Below are positions 12,276-25,400 of a stretch of DNA of 64,000 nucleotides, piece after piece. Position 1 is the stretch's first letter. Each line of letters opens with the position of its first letter. This DNA comes from Psammoneis japonica. Taxonomy: Eukaryota. The stretch lies in the NCBI GenBank assembly GCA_008632985.1, contig QPGO01000105.1, forward strand, positions 186,001-250,000, written 5' to 3'. The notes under the pieces were generated by a model, which saw nothing but the letters and a program-made list of their open reading frames with translations, did no database searches and was not told the DNA's origin. The translations under genes and the position numbers were made by a program.

Positions 12276-13962
12276 TCAAACGTCTTCCTGACAAAGCACG
12301 TGTAACAACTGGCGACAATTCTTTTCCAAAGCTTCATGATACAGCCTTCCATAGTCACTGGCACGCCTGGCGGCAGTAATAGTGTTCCGCTTGGCATTTT
12401 TATTCAACACGTGAATTCCGAACGCCTTGCAAATCAGGGTCAAACACTTGGCACACAGGCATGCGTCGTGCGGCTTCTCTGTGGCCTTGCCAAGGTTCTC
12501 AATCAGGAGCAGTGCCCACGACAAATCAAACGCACAACTATCAAAACCGTTGGCCATGACGGCACAATCTGGCCGTTTGCCAAAGACAGGATTCATGGTG
12601 CCGTGGTGACGGGTGAAAAAAAAGACCTCCAGTGCGTTTGACAACGTTATCAAGGCCAAGCTAAAGAGATGGTCAGATGTCTTTTTCGACCCATCATCTT
12701 GGTCCTTGGCACCGCCATGTTCGTTTGGAGACTTTGCTTCTGTCTGAATCAAGCTCTTTTCCAGTGCGGACCGCCAGACACGGCGGATGTCCATAACTTT
12801 TGGCACGTCTTGTGCCGATGGAGCCTTTCCAAACAAAAGCGCTTGACTTAGCTTTGTTGCTGCGTCAATATCCGTCTTTTTTCCATCCGCAGACATGCGT
12901 AAAAGCTTCATGGCCGAGGTTAGCGACTCGATGCATTCAGAGTTCAAGCAATGGTGGATTGCACTTATCAAACTGCTCGCGCTTGAATCGCAATCTGAGC
13001 CATTTCGTTCCATTGGACTGTAAAGCGACTCTGTGAGAAAGCGCATGTTGGATGGACCATTCGAATCAGAAACTTCCAGGTGCGGGTATGAGTTCTTCTT
13101 TCCGAGCGCCGTATCGAGAATGCATTGGGCGTACAGCTGAAAGGTGATGGAGTCACCCCTGTGTCGTTCCACCTCGACGAGAATGTCTTTGCCATCGCGG
13201 CTGGACCAGAGTGCCATACGAATCTCAACATGCTCAAGATTTAGCAGATACATGAATGTCTGGAAAACGAATAGAACAGGAGAGCTTGTGAGCATAACGG
13301 GGTGTCTTAGTTCGTGCAAGTTGTTCTCCGTCCGAGATTCTCGACTCACCGTTTCATTGCGTTGCTGAACTTGAATGCTCAAACGACGAAACAAGGAAGC
13401 CATTCTTTCATTGAAGCACACCAAACAAAAGTCCGTGCGTCGAATGTATGCGGTTGTGGGGGCGGGAAGGTAGTAGAGTACAATCGGTTTGATTTGGTCC
13501 ATTGTGATGAGATTGTCGTGATGTGTGACGACTCTGTTGAACTCCATAACCAAGTCGTGCTCGTCATTCGGACATTCGCAAAGTGTCCCCACGTTAACGT
13601 TGAGACGTGTATTCCTTCCGACGGCAGCAGGCTCTTGATTGTCGGTCATTGCGACTTCCTCCCTGCAAATGCATTCGACGAACAACGAAAATGTTAGAGA
13701 TCGGCATTGGGATGTGCTGTTTCGTCCTCTCAAGGTTGTCGTACGGATGGAACAGGTTTCAACGAATCAATGTGCGTTTAAACCTCGTTGCCGAAGTTGG
13801 TGTACGCTTTCAGCACCAAATGACTTCACAGCTAACGAATGAATCGAGATGATCAACGTACCTGTGACTAGTCTTTTCATCTCGACTGTCAAGGATCCTC
13901 TTCATGGCAAGATTCGGTGTGCTTTTACCATTCGATGTTAAGTTGTTGTTGTTGTTCATCAT
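12276..13962 (-). CDS. Hypothetical protein, copy 2 (partly TpA-mutated, possibly decaying)
   Basis: 485-aa ORF paralogous to copy 1, with Y->H and Y->C changes (ERYRGD/ERHRGD, SDYDS/SDCDS). Confidence 0.55.
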
Positions 13963-15106
13963 TTTAATTTGTGAGAAGCTCAAGTTAGCTTTTTTTGTGA
14001 CTACGAATGGCATCCGCGATTAACGAATCCAATGTCCGAACTTTGTCTGACCCACCCATTGACTACTCCATGATTGCATTGTTTGATGTGTGCCCAGCGC
14101 ATGCGATCCGCGACTACCGAATCGTTGCATGTGACAGATGTTTGAACGTTGCCCTGACTCGGACGTTTGCGATCGGATCGACTGACTCAACATCCCATTC
14201 GTGCATTGACTCGTGGATCGTGGATTCGATTCGTGCATTGCGAAAACACACACACCTTTCTTTGGTTTGGACCAAAGAAAGAGAGGTGATTGCTTGTTGA
14301 CGGCACAATAAAGCCATTCGTGCTTTGAGTTGCTACGTCATGGGAGCTTTGTCAGGAAAGTCTTGCTCATTACCCAGAGACTGCGAGCACTTGTTTCAAA
14401 GCCCGGTGGATGCATCAATGCTCTTTCTCAAAAATTGGATCACCCCGTCTTTTTCGTTTCCCTCTTAATAATTTTCCATGGTCATGCGTTGGTCTAGTCT
14501 TAAACTCGTAACTTGAGAAACTCAAACAAAAAATGGTGCTTCTGCGACGTCTTGGAATTGCATTTTGAGCCGAGAAGTGACAGTCGTTGGACAGGTATTC
14601 ATTATGCAGTAAAATCCATCAAGGTCCAAAGAGGATTCATTGATCGTTTGAATGTGATAAGAGTTGCGTGACGCCCACTTTTACGTACTCCTTCTCCGTC
14701 GCTTTATCCGCCATGGCGTTTTTTTTTTAGTACGCCATGTTTGAAATGCGGCATGTTGCATGATGCAAGGGATTATACACATGATGTGTGGATTTTGGAT
14801 TGATGTCAACGACAGACGGACGGACATATTCAATCACGCATCTTTGACACGTCATCTGTAATTAACAAAATGTCAGATTTCCCGCCAATAGTTCTTTAAA
14901 GCACTGATACTGTAGATTGATGATTTCCATGTTGTGACAGCATGCGGCTTGAAGCTTGCATGTGCATGCTGGTCTTTGTGCAAGAGGCTTCGTTGCGTCC
15001 AAACGTTAGAAGCACGCACAGTGATTTAGTGATTGATTGATTCGCAAGGCACTGCATTTTTCTGGGACAAAGACCCAAGCCGATTTTACAAACTGAATAA
15101 AGAAAC

Positions 15107-16231
15107 ATGCAAGACCCACCACAAGCCCTTCCTCCCATTCCTTGGCCGGCACCAAGAGTAAGCGGAGTGACCGTTGATGAACCTGCAAAGGTGGTTGTGC
15201 AAGGCGAAACCAACGAAGAAGGTGAAATTCCTCGACCCGAAATATTCCTCACCTCTGCAGACGACAGACATCCTCGAGGGTATCAACTCGTAGAGCGAGA
15301 ACCCTTTTACAAGTCCGAAGGAAAAAGGGTGTACCGGGGCTATGCGTTGGAGTTTCTCGGTGTAGTACGAAATGAAGAACTCGGCAAATACGATAACTTG
15401 TTTCTAAGGCCAATAGAAAAGGATATCAAGTACGCGGCCATTAAAAGAATTGCACTCAAAAAGCGGAACGCCATAACCGGAAAAATGCAAGACATTACTT
15501 GGGGTGTTGGTGGCGACAACCCCTACGATGAAATTGCAGCCATGCAGAGCTTGAATCCCGATTGCGACGTAGATCAAGATGCAATCACAATTGGATGTAT
15601 GGACGCGCTTCAAGACGAGAAGCACCTTTACATTGTCACTCCTTTTCTCCCACGCCGCAGTTTGTTACATTTCACTCGCTTATTTTTTGGCGAAGAGAGG
15701 AATCAAGTTCGTGTCTTTTTTCGAAAGCTCGTAGTAAAAGTGCAAGCCTTGCATGATCGAGGTGTTGTTCATTTTGATTTAAAGAATGGCAACGTTGGGA
15801 TTCTCGGAGAGGAAGTTCGAAATAATGAACCACGGACTGTAGTAGACAAGGATCCCATTCTGATTGACCTTGGAACAGCCAAGCAAGTGGATCGTGATGC
15901 TCCTTTGATGCTTTTATCAGCAGAGTTTGGTACTCTCGCATTCCAAGCACCCGAAATTAGCCGAGGCGACGCCGCTATCGATCCATATGCTGTTGATGTA
16001 TGGTCGCTCGGTGCCACCCTCTACACTCTCTTGACCGGATATCTTTTGTACTCAAAGCCCTTTGATCAGCGCTACATGTATTTTATTGAAAGGAGAAGAT
16101 TGTTGCATGATGGTTACCTGAACAATCTGGGAGACCCGGGAGACCCGGTACGTACATTACTCATGGGAATGCTCAACCCTGATCCAGCCCAAAGAATGAG
16201 GTTACATCAAGTTCAAGCGCATCAATGGTAA
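15107..16231 (+). CDS. Ser/Thr protein kinase, copy 2
   Basis: AAIK, HFDLKNGN, DLG, APE, DVWSLG; paralog of 10306-11427. Confidence 0.9.
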   Translation: MQDPPQALPPIPWPAPRVSGVTVDEPAKVVVQGETNEEGEIPRPEIFLTSADDRHPRGYQLVEREPFYKSEGKRVYRGYALEFLGVVRNEELGKYDNLFLRPIEKDIKYAAIKRIALKKRNAITGKMQDITWGVGGDNPYDEIAAMQSLNPDCDVDQDAITIGCMDALQDEKHLYIVTPFLPRRSLLHFTRLFFGEERNQVRVFFRKLVVKVQALHDRGVVHFDLKNGNVGILGEEVRNNEPRTVVDKDPILIDLGTAKQVDRDAPLMLLSAEFGTLAFQAPEISRGDAAIDPYAVDVWSLGATLYTLLTGYLLYSKPFDQRYMYFIERRRLLHDGYLNNLGDPGDPVRTLLMGMLNPDPAQRMRLHQVQAHQW

Positions 16232-16721
16232 CAAACAGATGTTGGACGTCCTCAATAGAGTAGTGAAGAGAAGTAAGAATTTCTGAAATGTACACAAGAG
16301 TCTCTACTGAATGCCTTAAAAAGTCCGACAAAATGCTGTTTGATTGATAGATTGTGATGCTTGCGACTGTTCAAGCGCATGTTCCTTTACCTCTCGATAA
16401 CAGAGTCTTACATTCCAGAGTCTTGCTAACAAGCTTCATTACCGAAAGTCCTATACGCACGTTCTCTCGACTTTCTTTTTACGCGTAACTGGAGGTAACA
16501 TGACGTTGAACTGTGCAAAGGGTGCAGTGGCAGCGAGACAAGGATAGTAGAGCAACCGACATGCAAGAATGAACGGAGTGGTACCATAGCTACGAATGAA
16601 TAAAACCGTAATTGTACCACTGCACTCTCTATATTTTGTAAATGCAATCAATTGATTGCAACTTTAAGACTATTTCACACTAAAACAAAAAAAGCAAAAG
16701 GCAACAAACTTCATCTAGCAT

Positions 16722-17999
16722 CTACTGCTTCTCGGTAATCTTTTTCTTTTCCATTGGCACACGCGCCACCATGAGATACATGGGTGTGAAGATTTTCGAT
16801 TGTCCACCATCCGACAATCCAAAGGCTGCCTGTTGTAGCATTTGTTGCGTCTTGGACGTGCCCTTGGGTGCCAATTTGCAGAATTCCAAGGCCTTGATGC
16901 AAAAGTTCGTCAAAGGATATCCCACCGCATTGAATTGAAAGCGCTGTGTAAAGGGATTCCAACTCGGCATGAGTGGGAGCATCCACGGTTTGCCATTTTT
17001 GCCATAATCGTCCAACGCCATGTCGCGTTCGTACAAGACATCAAAACCCGCCTTGGACAAGGCTTCCAAACAAACAGAAGTGTGACAAATATCGGGGAGA
17101 CCGTCGCCTTCTTCAATCTGTTTCTTCACCTTCAAATGATGCTTGTCGTTGGGATCAAACTCATCCGTCATGCACCACTCGTAGCATGCAAAGACGGAAC
17201 CGGGTTTGAGGACACGGTAAATCTCGGAATAGACCCCGACCCGATCGGGGGCGTGACAGGTTGCTTCAATGGCATAGGCGGCATCGTAGGAATCATCGTC
17301 AAAGGGCATTTCCATAAAATCACCCTGCACCAAGCGACAATGGTCCTTGATGAGATCCTCGGCTTGGCATAGTTCATTGCCACGCGAAACTTGATAGGGG
17401 TTGAGCGTAAGACCCGTCACGTTGGCTCCGGTAAAGCGACAAATGTTACGCAACGGTCCGCCAATACCGCAGCCGACATCCAGTACTTTTTGCTCGGGTT
17501 CTCCCGTCAATGCCAATTTGCTGGCAAGCTGGTATTCATGACGACGCGTCCCTTCGTTGAAGCTCTCGAAACACCAACGAAAGGAAAAGTGAAAACTCTG
17601 TCCCCAGCCCCATTCGTAAAAGAGGGTCGCCAAGTCGTAGTAGGAATTCACCAAGGTCTTGTAGGAAGCATTCCTTTCAGAAGCGTCTTCCGCCGCGTGC
17701 AAACGATTGTACTCGTCAATGCCACTATCCACACGATCCGAACATGACAAACTGCGCTCCTAATGAAATTATTGATTAAAAAAGTGAGTGTGAGGCCCTT
17801 GCTGAAAAAACACGTCATTGGCATACAGCACGAGACCACACAGACAAGAAATATTATTTGTACTTACATGCTTTCGCAGCTGTTTGAAAAACAGCCAACA
17901 ACGACCAATCGGATCAGCGGGAGTGAGGAGCTGGACCGTGGCTAATGCAGCGGCCGATATGAGGCCAACATTGGCTGGAACGGACAAGGAAGCGCCCAT
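16722..17999 (-). CDS. SMT1: Sterol 24-C-methyltransferase (exons 17999-17868 and 17759-16722)
   Basis: YEWGWGQSFHF, LDVGCGIGGP, AIEATCHAP, YEW, IEEGDGLP; GTAAGT...TTAG intron joins in frame. Confidence 0.93.
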
Positions 18000-18242
18000 G
18001 GCTGTTTCGCTTTGTTGTTCTTTGTGGTGTGGTCGTCGGAGGGAGGTGACGTGTTTCAAAAAAATGCGGGAAACGATTCTGCCGTTAAATACTTCCGTTG
18101 CGAACATAAATAAGTATTCAACTTGAATAAAAATATTTATAAAATCTTCGAAATGATCTTCACCGCAAAGTACAGTAGTTGGAAGTCCTCGCTCACTCGC
18201 TCACTCGCTCACAACAGAAAAAATCTCCTCGACACCATCACG

Positions 18243-21200
18243 ATGAGCCTTATCGAGCCTATTGATTTGACCCACGATAGCGACGATGACAGCGTTGCTC
18301 CACCTGAAGCGGTGCCAAAACATTCGCTGCCACGGGTCGTCAAGAGTGAAGATATTGTGATTGATGACACGGGCAACGAGAGAAACGTTCAAGAAGATTC
18401 TTCTGAAAACGGTGTCATCATGGGAGGGTGGCTTGATGAGATTATGGAAGAAAGTCTGTCGCCTCCTGAAAATTCTTCTGAAGCAGATCAATATGAGGAC
18501 ACTGATCTCAATAGGACAAGCCATAAAGTGAGTGCCGAAGAGAGCGACACTGCTACTGCAACCGACAGTAGCGCTACCGTGGATGAAGCATATCACGCCG
18601 ACGAGCAACGCACGGACGATGGTCCGCCAGCCCGGGTCTCCTCCTCATCGGCCTGGTGGTCAGCCATACTCCACGATGATGATACCCCCAAGAAGGAAGA
18701 CATTACTTGTGATAACGACGATGACAGCAGTAGCAGTAATGATCATGAAAGTGTACTGGGACAAGTCAAAGAGGAAGATGCGGCTGAGATGACCAATGGC
18801 GACAACGACGATCCACACGAGCACGTTCCAAAAGAGGTTGGAACCCGCGTCTATGCGCGTTGGGAGAAAAACAACGAATGGTATCACGGGACGGTAACGC
18901 AAATACACAATAATCTTTTTACGGTAAGATTGTGACTGTTCGTTTTGTGGAAACTTAACTGGCCCCCGTTTTCTCACTGTCTAATTTTTTTTCGGACATA
19001 GGTGAAGTTTGACGACGGCGATATTGCGCACAATCTGACTAGGCGCGATGTATGGGCGGGAAAGGTGCCACCGGCGAAACGACCACCGTCTGCTGCTAGC
19101 GCCAAGAAGAGGAACAAGAACAGCACCAAGAAGAAGGCCAACCGCAAGAAGAAGGCCAACCGCAAGAAGACTGGCACTTTCAAGAAGAACGCCAAAAGTA
19201 CAAACAAGACATCTCAGAAGGCAGTCTCAGTCACGACGCCTAAGGATTTTATGAATCAAGTCGAGAATCAACTCCAGAGCTTTCAGCAGAGGCGTTGTTC
19301 AAAGTGTGAGTTGTGCCTTCGAAAGGACTGTCAAGAGTGTCTGGCTTGTGCGAGCAACAAGAAAAATGGCGCAGCCCGTGGCAATATCCAATCAAAGCTA
19401 GTGTGTCTACAAAAGGTAAGCGTAGCTTTGTTATATCATTGCATTGCAACATGGATGACGACTCACTAGAAGTCAACACCCTTTCAGATTTGTTGTAACA
19501 TTGAAGAGGCGCAAAAGACTCTTCCTGCACCGGGGCTTCCAGCTGAATGGACCTTCAGGTTTGAGAAACAAGGCGTCGTTCTTTTCAATGCCGCCGGAAC
19601 ACGCTACTCTTCATGGGAGCAAGCCAAGAAGCACTACGGCGCTATCTACAAGTCGATTTCGTCGCATTTGTTTTACAAGTCCGTCGGCATGGCGAAAAAA
19701 GTGGCAGGAGCTACAGGAAATGGAAAGGCAACCACAGCGGCGGAAAAGGCACCGGAAAGAGCTACGCCGCGCCGAAAAAGGGAAGTGATGGAGGAATCCT
19801 CAACGGACAGTCAAACATCAAAGCGTGCCTGCAAAGCGTGTTCTGGAGAGGGCAATTTGATCAGCTACGGTGCGTGTAGCCTAGAAGAATTGTATAAACG
19901 CAGGTGCGGTTCCTGTGAACTCTGCTTGAAAGAAGAATGCGGAGTATGCTCTTCTTGTGTTCGAAACCGGAGCCATGCGGATAGCAGTAATGGCGGCAAG
20001 GAGGTGTGCTTGCGCAAGGTAGGTCACGCATGGTGAAACGGATAGCGTTGCTGCTTCTTTGGGTTCTAACATGCAGCATACATTTTTCGTGCAGATGTGC
20101 TGTCAAATTCCGGGAGGAGAAAAGGCACAACCTGCAATCGGTTTTCCCGCGGGGTGGCGCTTCTATTTCGAGAATCCAACTACACGCTCGCATTCGTCCA
20201 AGTATGAAAAAGGTTTAGAAGGACTCGTACTGTGCCCGAATAATGGCCGCAACTACCGAACGGTCACCAAAGCCGTCAACCACAATCCAAAGGCACTGGA
20301 CGCGGTAAGGATTCGCCAAGAGTTTTTTGTTCATGTGGGCGTTGACGTCTTAAATGAACCTTTGCATGATGATTTGGTCGGAAAATCGCTTATACAAGAA
20401 TGGAATGATTTGGAGGGCCGAAGCAAAGTTGTTTATGGTACAGTGGTTGATGTTGAAGCAAGTCTAGGCGACGACGATGAGAAAATGGTTACGATAGAGT
20501 ACAACGAGTCCTCCATTGTGCGAGCCAATAGGACTGTGAGTGCCTGCGGTTCGAAATTACCGAAAAGGCGATCATTGAAACTACCGCTCGCTTTGGGCGC
20601 GATCAATCGCTGCCGGACCAAGATAAACGAGAACCGTACATTTGTTGATAATTCTCCGATTTATAGTCAGGGCACAGGATATACTTGGCTTATCCCCGAA
20701 GACCGTCATGAAGAATTGTTGGACGCCGGGCATGGCGTCATGCTCCCACGTTTGACACTTACCTTTTGCGGCTTCAGTTTGGTCTTTTCAATTCAGGAAT
20801 CAACCATTCCCGGAGCAGGATACGGGGTGTTTGTGAACGCAGAAAGTTTGGTTGCTTCTGCTTCTTCAGGAAAGGAGCCAAAATTTGAATTGCAGAAAGG
20901 CAAACTTTTGGATTTGGGCCGGTACGCTCCTTTTCGTCTACAAGACAGAAAGAGAGATTGCGTCTTCATGGTGAAGAACTACGTGCATTCCTTCAAGTGC
21001 GAAGAGTGGTGTTTCGACACTGGTGAGTCACCCTACAAGAAGCATGCATGTGCATCAACACTCCTGTACTTACGCATTTTGCTGCTCAGACGACAAAGAC
21101 TTCGACTTTGACATAACTGATGATTTCACAGGCACCCTTCACGATGAAGCCAGATGTCACATCCCGGCCTACGTGAATGAATGTAAGTCCACTGAAATCC

Positions 21201-21724
21201 CAACAGTTCAGGCCGAACATGATCCTGAGGGTAACGTGCACTACTTGTTTGGGGTGGTAGCAGGGGAAGGCCTCACTCTGCCAGTTGGCATCGAAACTGA
21301 ACTTTTTGTGAACTATGGCACCAAGCACGAGTCGGTGAGGGTTCGAAAAGGTTACTCGGAGCTCCCATTTGCAGAGAAGCAGCAAAAGCTGCAAGAGATG
21401 GAGAAGGACGACGAGGAATTTCTGGATGAAATCAGGAAATTCTCAGTGACAGATGTGGGTGAATGCGTCGATTTCTTTCATGGGATGTTTGCAGATGGCC
21501 AGAATCGTCTTCTGGCTGCTGGCAAGCTGGGAATAGATGCAGGGAAGCGGGCCCTTGTTGTTTCTAAGTTGCTTGAGGAGCGAGCAAGGAAGCTGAGAGA
21601 CTCCTCTGGCAAAGAAGTTTCCCTGTCATTGTTGGATTCCTCAGCGTCACTTGTCATGACTCTGGAGACACTTTTTGGGAAGCATCGCTTTCTTCGAAAT
21701 GAAATGATGATGAGCAATGTCTAA
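18243..21724 (+). CDS. Tudor-(zf-CXXC/MBD-like)x2-SET chromatin protein, paralog 1 (5 exons; introns ~18924-19001, 19416-19488, 20019-20094, 21023-21089)
   Basis: GTRVYARW..WYHG..VKFDDGD; RCGSCELC..CGVCSSC..CLRKMC; GFPAGW..GRNYRT; STIPGAGYGVF, YVNE, ELFVNYG; GT-AG introns. Confidence 0.8.
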
Positions 21725-22406
21725 ATGCAACACATTGAATTCAAGGGTGCAAGGGAAAAATTTGGATGTTTTGTGTCGTGACACAAGTTTTGGAAAAGTT
21801 TCTCGGCCCTGCCAGAGATTCCACATTGGAAAGTGAGCACAGCTTGTGTGGGCATTGGGTGCTGAGAAAGAGCACAAGTGCTTGTCAGATGCGTGCACAA
21901 TCCTTTGCCAAGCTGTGCACCCGGGTGTGCCCCATGAAGCCCAAGTCGGGGGGAGGGCTTTTGCCTCGAGATTGCAAAACGGAAGTCAATGCACTCTTGC
22001 TGGCGATCAGGAGATTGTGCTGTCCTTCTTTTGCAGCAACTGTTGAGTCAGAAGATTTCTGTAAAGCTTTGTCACCAGAGCACAAGTGTAGATGGTGTGC
22101 CCACACTGACAGCACACTGTACAGTGGAGGCGAGCAAAAACAAACACACGGCCAGACGCTGAAAAGCCGTTAAATGATTCCGTTGTGAATTAAAATCTTT
22201 TCATACGATGCTGAAGTAAACATTTCTTTTAATTAAATATAAACATTGCCACCAAAATATATATATAAAATATAAGATCCATTTCAGCGATTGCGTGATG
22301 ATCCGCGCGCGGGCCTCAAACACAGCTCAAATCTCAAATCTCAAAAAATAAAATAATCTCGGCATACAGGCAGCAAAGCTATTTTACAGCTAGTGCCGGT
22401 GATACC

Positions 22407-25400
22407 ATGGACAGCGACGGCAATCGTGACTGTGCTCTCCCTATGGAAGCGCCTTCCTCCTCCATTGCCGTAAAAGTCAAGCAAGAAGACGTTGTGGATG
22501 AGAATTCGCGAGATGAGAGCGCAAACACGGGTCGAAGAAGCAGAAGGAATGATCATGCTGAAAAAGATGCCGTGGTCGCGGTTCATACCTCGGCTGTTAC
22601 TACGGAACAACAGCATCACGACGATGACGATATGAACAATACATGCCGTCGGGTTAGTGCCGAAGAAGGTGAAGATACAACGAGCAGCAGCGGTGGTACT
22701 TCTGAAGGAAATCATTCCCACGTGTACAGCGTGACAGATCTGTTGATGACGCCCTCGCCGCCTTTCTTCCCTTGGAAGAGTGACAAGAGCGACACCAAGA
22801 TGGAAAGAATTCTTAGTGAAAGTGACGATGGCTACAACAGCAGCGATGAAGAAAATTCCCAGAATATCCTCAAGACAAGCAACACGCAGAAACATATCAT
22901 GGACAGTGACGAGGAGGAGGAGCAAGTGCAAGCCACCCCAAAGTCCCTTCCATACGAAAAGGAAGAAGGCACACGTGTCTATGCCCCATGGGGTAAAACA
23001 GAGGAATGGTATTGGGGTACCATCACCAAACGAAAAAAGATCAAGGTGCAGGGACAACAGAATTCCAGAAATGTGTATACCGTAAGTTTATGCGAGCTCT
23101 GAAGTGTTTGACTTTTTTGTTATCTAACTCCGTGCCTTTTGTACTGACATATAACAGGTTGAATTTGATGACGGTGACATATCTGAGGATATACCGTCGC
23201 ACCATGTGTGGACGATTGCGGCGTACGAAAAGTTGCTGAGCGAAAAGGCACCGCCAGAAGCATATGGCCGCAAAAGCAAGAAGGACGAGGCAGTCGAGGT
23301 CCTGACGGCTAAGGAGTTTTTGTATCAAGTCAAGAAGCAGCTCCAGAGCTTTCACCAGAAGCGGTGTTCAGAGTGCGAGTTGTGTCTTCGAATAGACTGT
23401 CAAGAGTGTCTGGCATGTGCGACCAACAAGAAAAACGACGCGATCACGGTCGACGACAAATCGAAGCTCGTTTGTCTACAGAAGGTACGCACAACACAAT
23501 CGTGATTGTTCACTTTGATTGCATTATACCTTGCCGCAACACAATCTAAACAAGTCACTCCATTCTTTGTCCTTACCCTAGATTTGCTGTAGCATTGGCA
23601 AAGCGCAAAAGGCTCCTCTACCGGCGCCCGGCCTTCCTTTGGGATGGACCTTTATCATGGAAAAACCACGAACGGGTAGCCGATGCAAGAACGGTCTCGT
23701 TCTTTATTCTCCCACTGGTAAACATTTCTTTTCTGTAGAAGCAGCCAAGCGCAACAACAAAAGTATTTTGAAATCGATTTCGCCGCATTTGTTTAACAGG
23801 TACATCGGTATGTCAGAACAAGCAAACAATGATGTAGCCTCTCGAGCTGGAAAGGTCAAAGCAGCTGACCGCCACGCTATGAGCAGCAAGAACGTGCTAC
23901 GACAGCTTTATGACCGTGCTTGTGGAGCGTGTGATGTTTGTCTAATGGAAGAATGCCAAAAGTGTGCTTCTTGTAAAAGTACAACAGGTGTCAGATCAAT
24001 GGTTTGTTTACAAAAGGTAAGAAGGAAAGTTGTGAAATATTGATCCCGTTGACCACTCGTTCTTACACACGTACGATATGCGTTGGCTTGTAGATCTGTT
24101 GCCAAATTCCCGAGAGTGAGAGAGCTCTTCCTATTCCAGGCTTTCCAAATGGTTGGACCTTTGTTTTGGAAGAGCCCCGGAGTGCAACCGATAGTGTGTT
24201 GGACAGGGTTGTTATTTCGCGTGATAAGTACCAACAGAAACGCCTTCGGTCCGTCAGCGCCGCCAAGAAGTTCTGCCCTAATGCTCTTTCAGGCGTGTGC
24301 CAAGACGAGTTCCATCGTTGTATCGGCGCGGACGACAAGGACACGAGTGACATTGAGTCTTCCGACGAAGACGACGAATCTTACTCGGACGAAGAGTCCA
24401 CTATCAATGTTGGATCGGATGTCTTCTGTGCTTGGCCAAATGAGCACTGGTACAAAGCTCATGTGACCAAAAAATGGACTGATGCTAGCGGCAAAGTCTT
24501 GTTTGACGTAAGTAACACAGTAGTTGCGGTTGTACATGGCAGGGTCCAATCTTTTTCTAACTGTTGTTTTCCTTCTAGGTCTGGAGCGTCGATGGCTATA
24601 CGCTCAAAGGAGTACAGGGCCGAGATATCATGTCTGTTGATCGCTACTTTTCTCAAGCTTCGTCCCGTAAGCAGAAGCGTCGGATTACGAGGGAGATTGG
24701 TCGATACACGCCGGACAATACTGCCACGAAATGTGCGCGAAAAGATGATGCTGGCAAGGGCTTTTCCAATAGCTACAGTTTGAAAGAGTTGTACCAACGT
24801 CGGTGCCGAACCAATTTCTGTGAGCTCTGCGTGAAAGTAGACTGCGGAGTATGCGCTTCGTGCGTTCGAAATGGGGGCTGTGACGATGAGGACGGCAAGG
24901 AGGTGTGCTTGCGCAAGGTTAGTCATGATGGCGGATTTGAGTGTATTGCATCACTTTGCTTTTCAGTAGCGCTCATCGGTTACTAACATATTTTTGCTTA
25001 TTTGCTCCAGATGTGCTGCCGCATTCCGAACGACAAGAAAGCGCAACCCGCAGTTGGTTTTCCCGCGGGATGGCGCTACTATTTCGTCCAACCGAAAACT
25101 GGTTATCTTTCCTCTAGGTACCAGAAAGGGTTGGAGGGACTCATGCTAAGCTCGACAAGTGGACGCACCTATCATTCGGTCAACGGAGCCATAAATCACC
25201 ATAAAAAGGCGCTAGATCCTGTCAGGATCCGCAAGGAATTCTATCAGCATGTGGGCTTCGCCATCGCGAACGAGCATTTGCATGATGATTTGATCGGACA
25301 GCGGTTTGTCCAAGAATGGGCTGACGTGGATGGTCGCAAGAAAATTGCGTATGGCACAGTCATTAGTGTCGATGAGAGTCGTGGCGAAGACGAAGAGGAA

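Larger units (their letters stand above)
12271..16720. repeat. Tandem segmental duplication, copy 2
   Basis: Collinear with 7455-12215. Confidence 0.92.
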
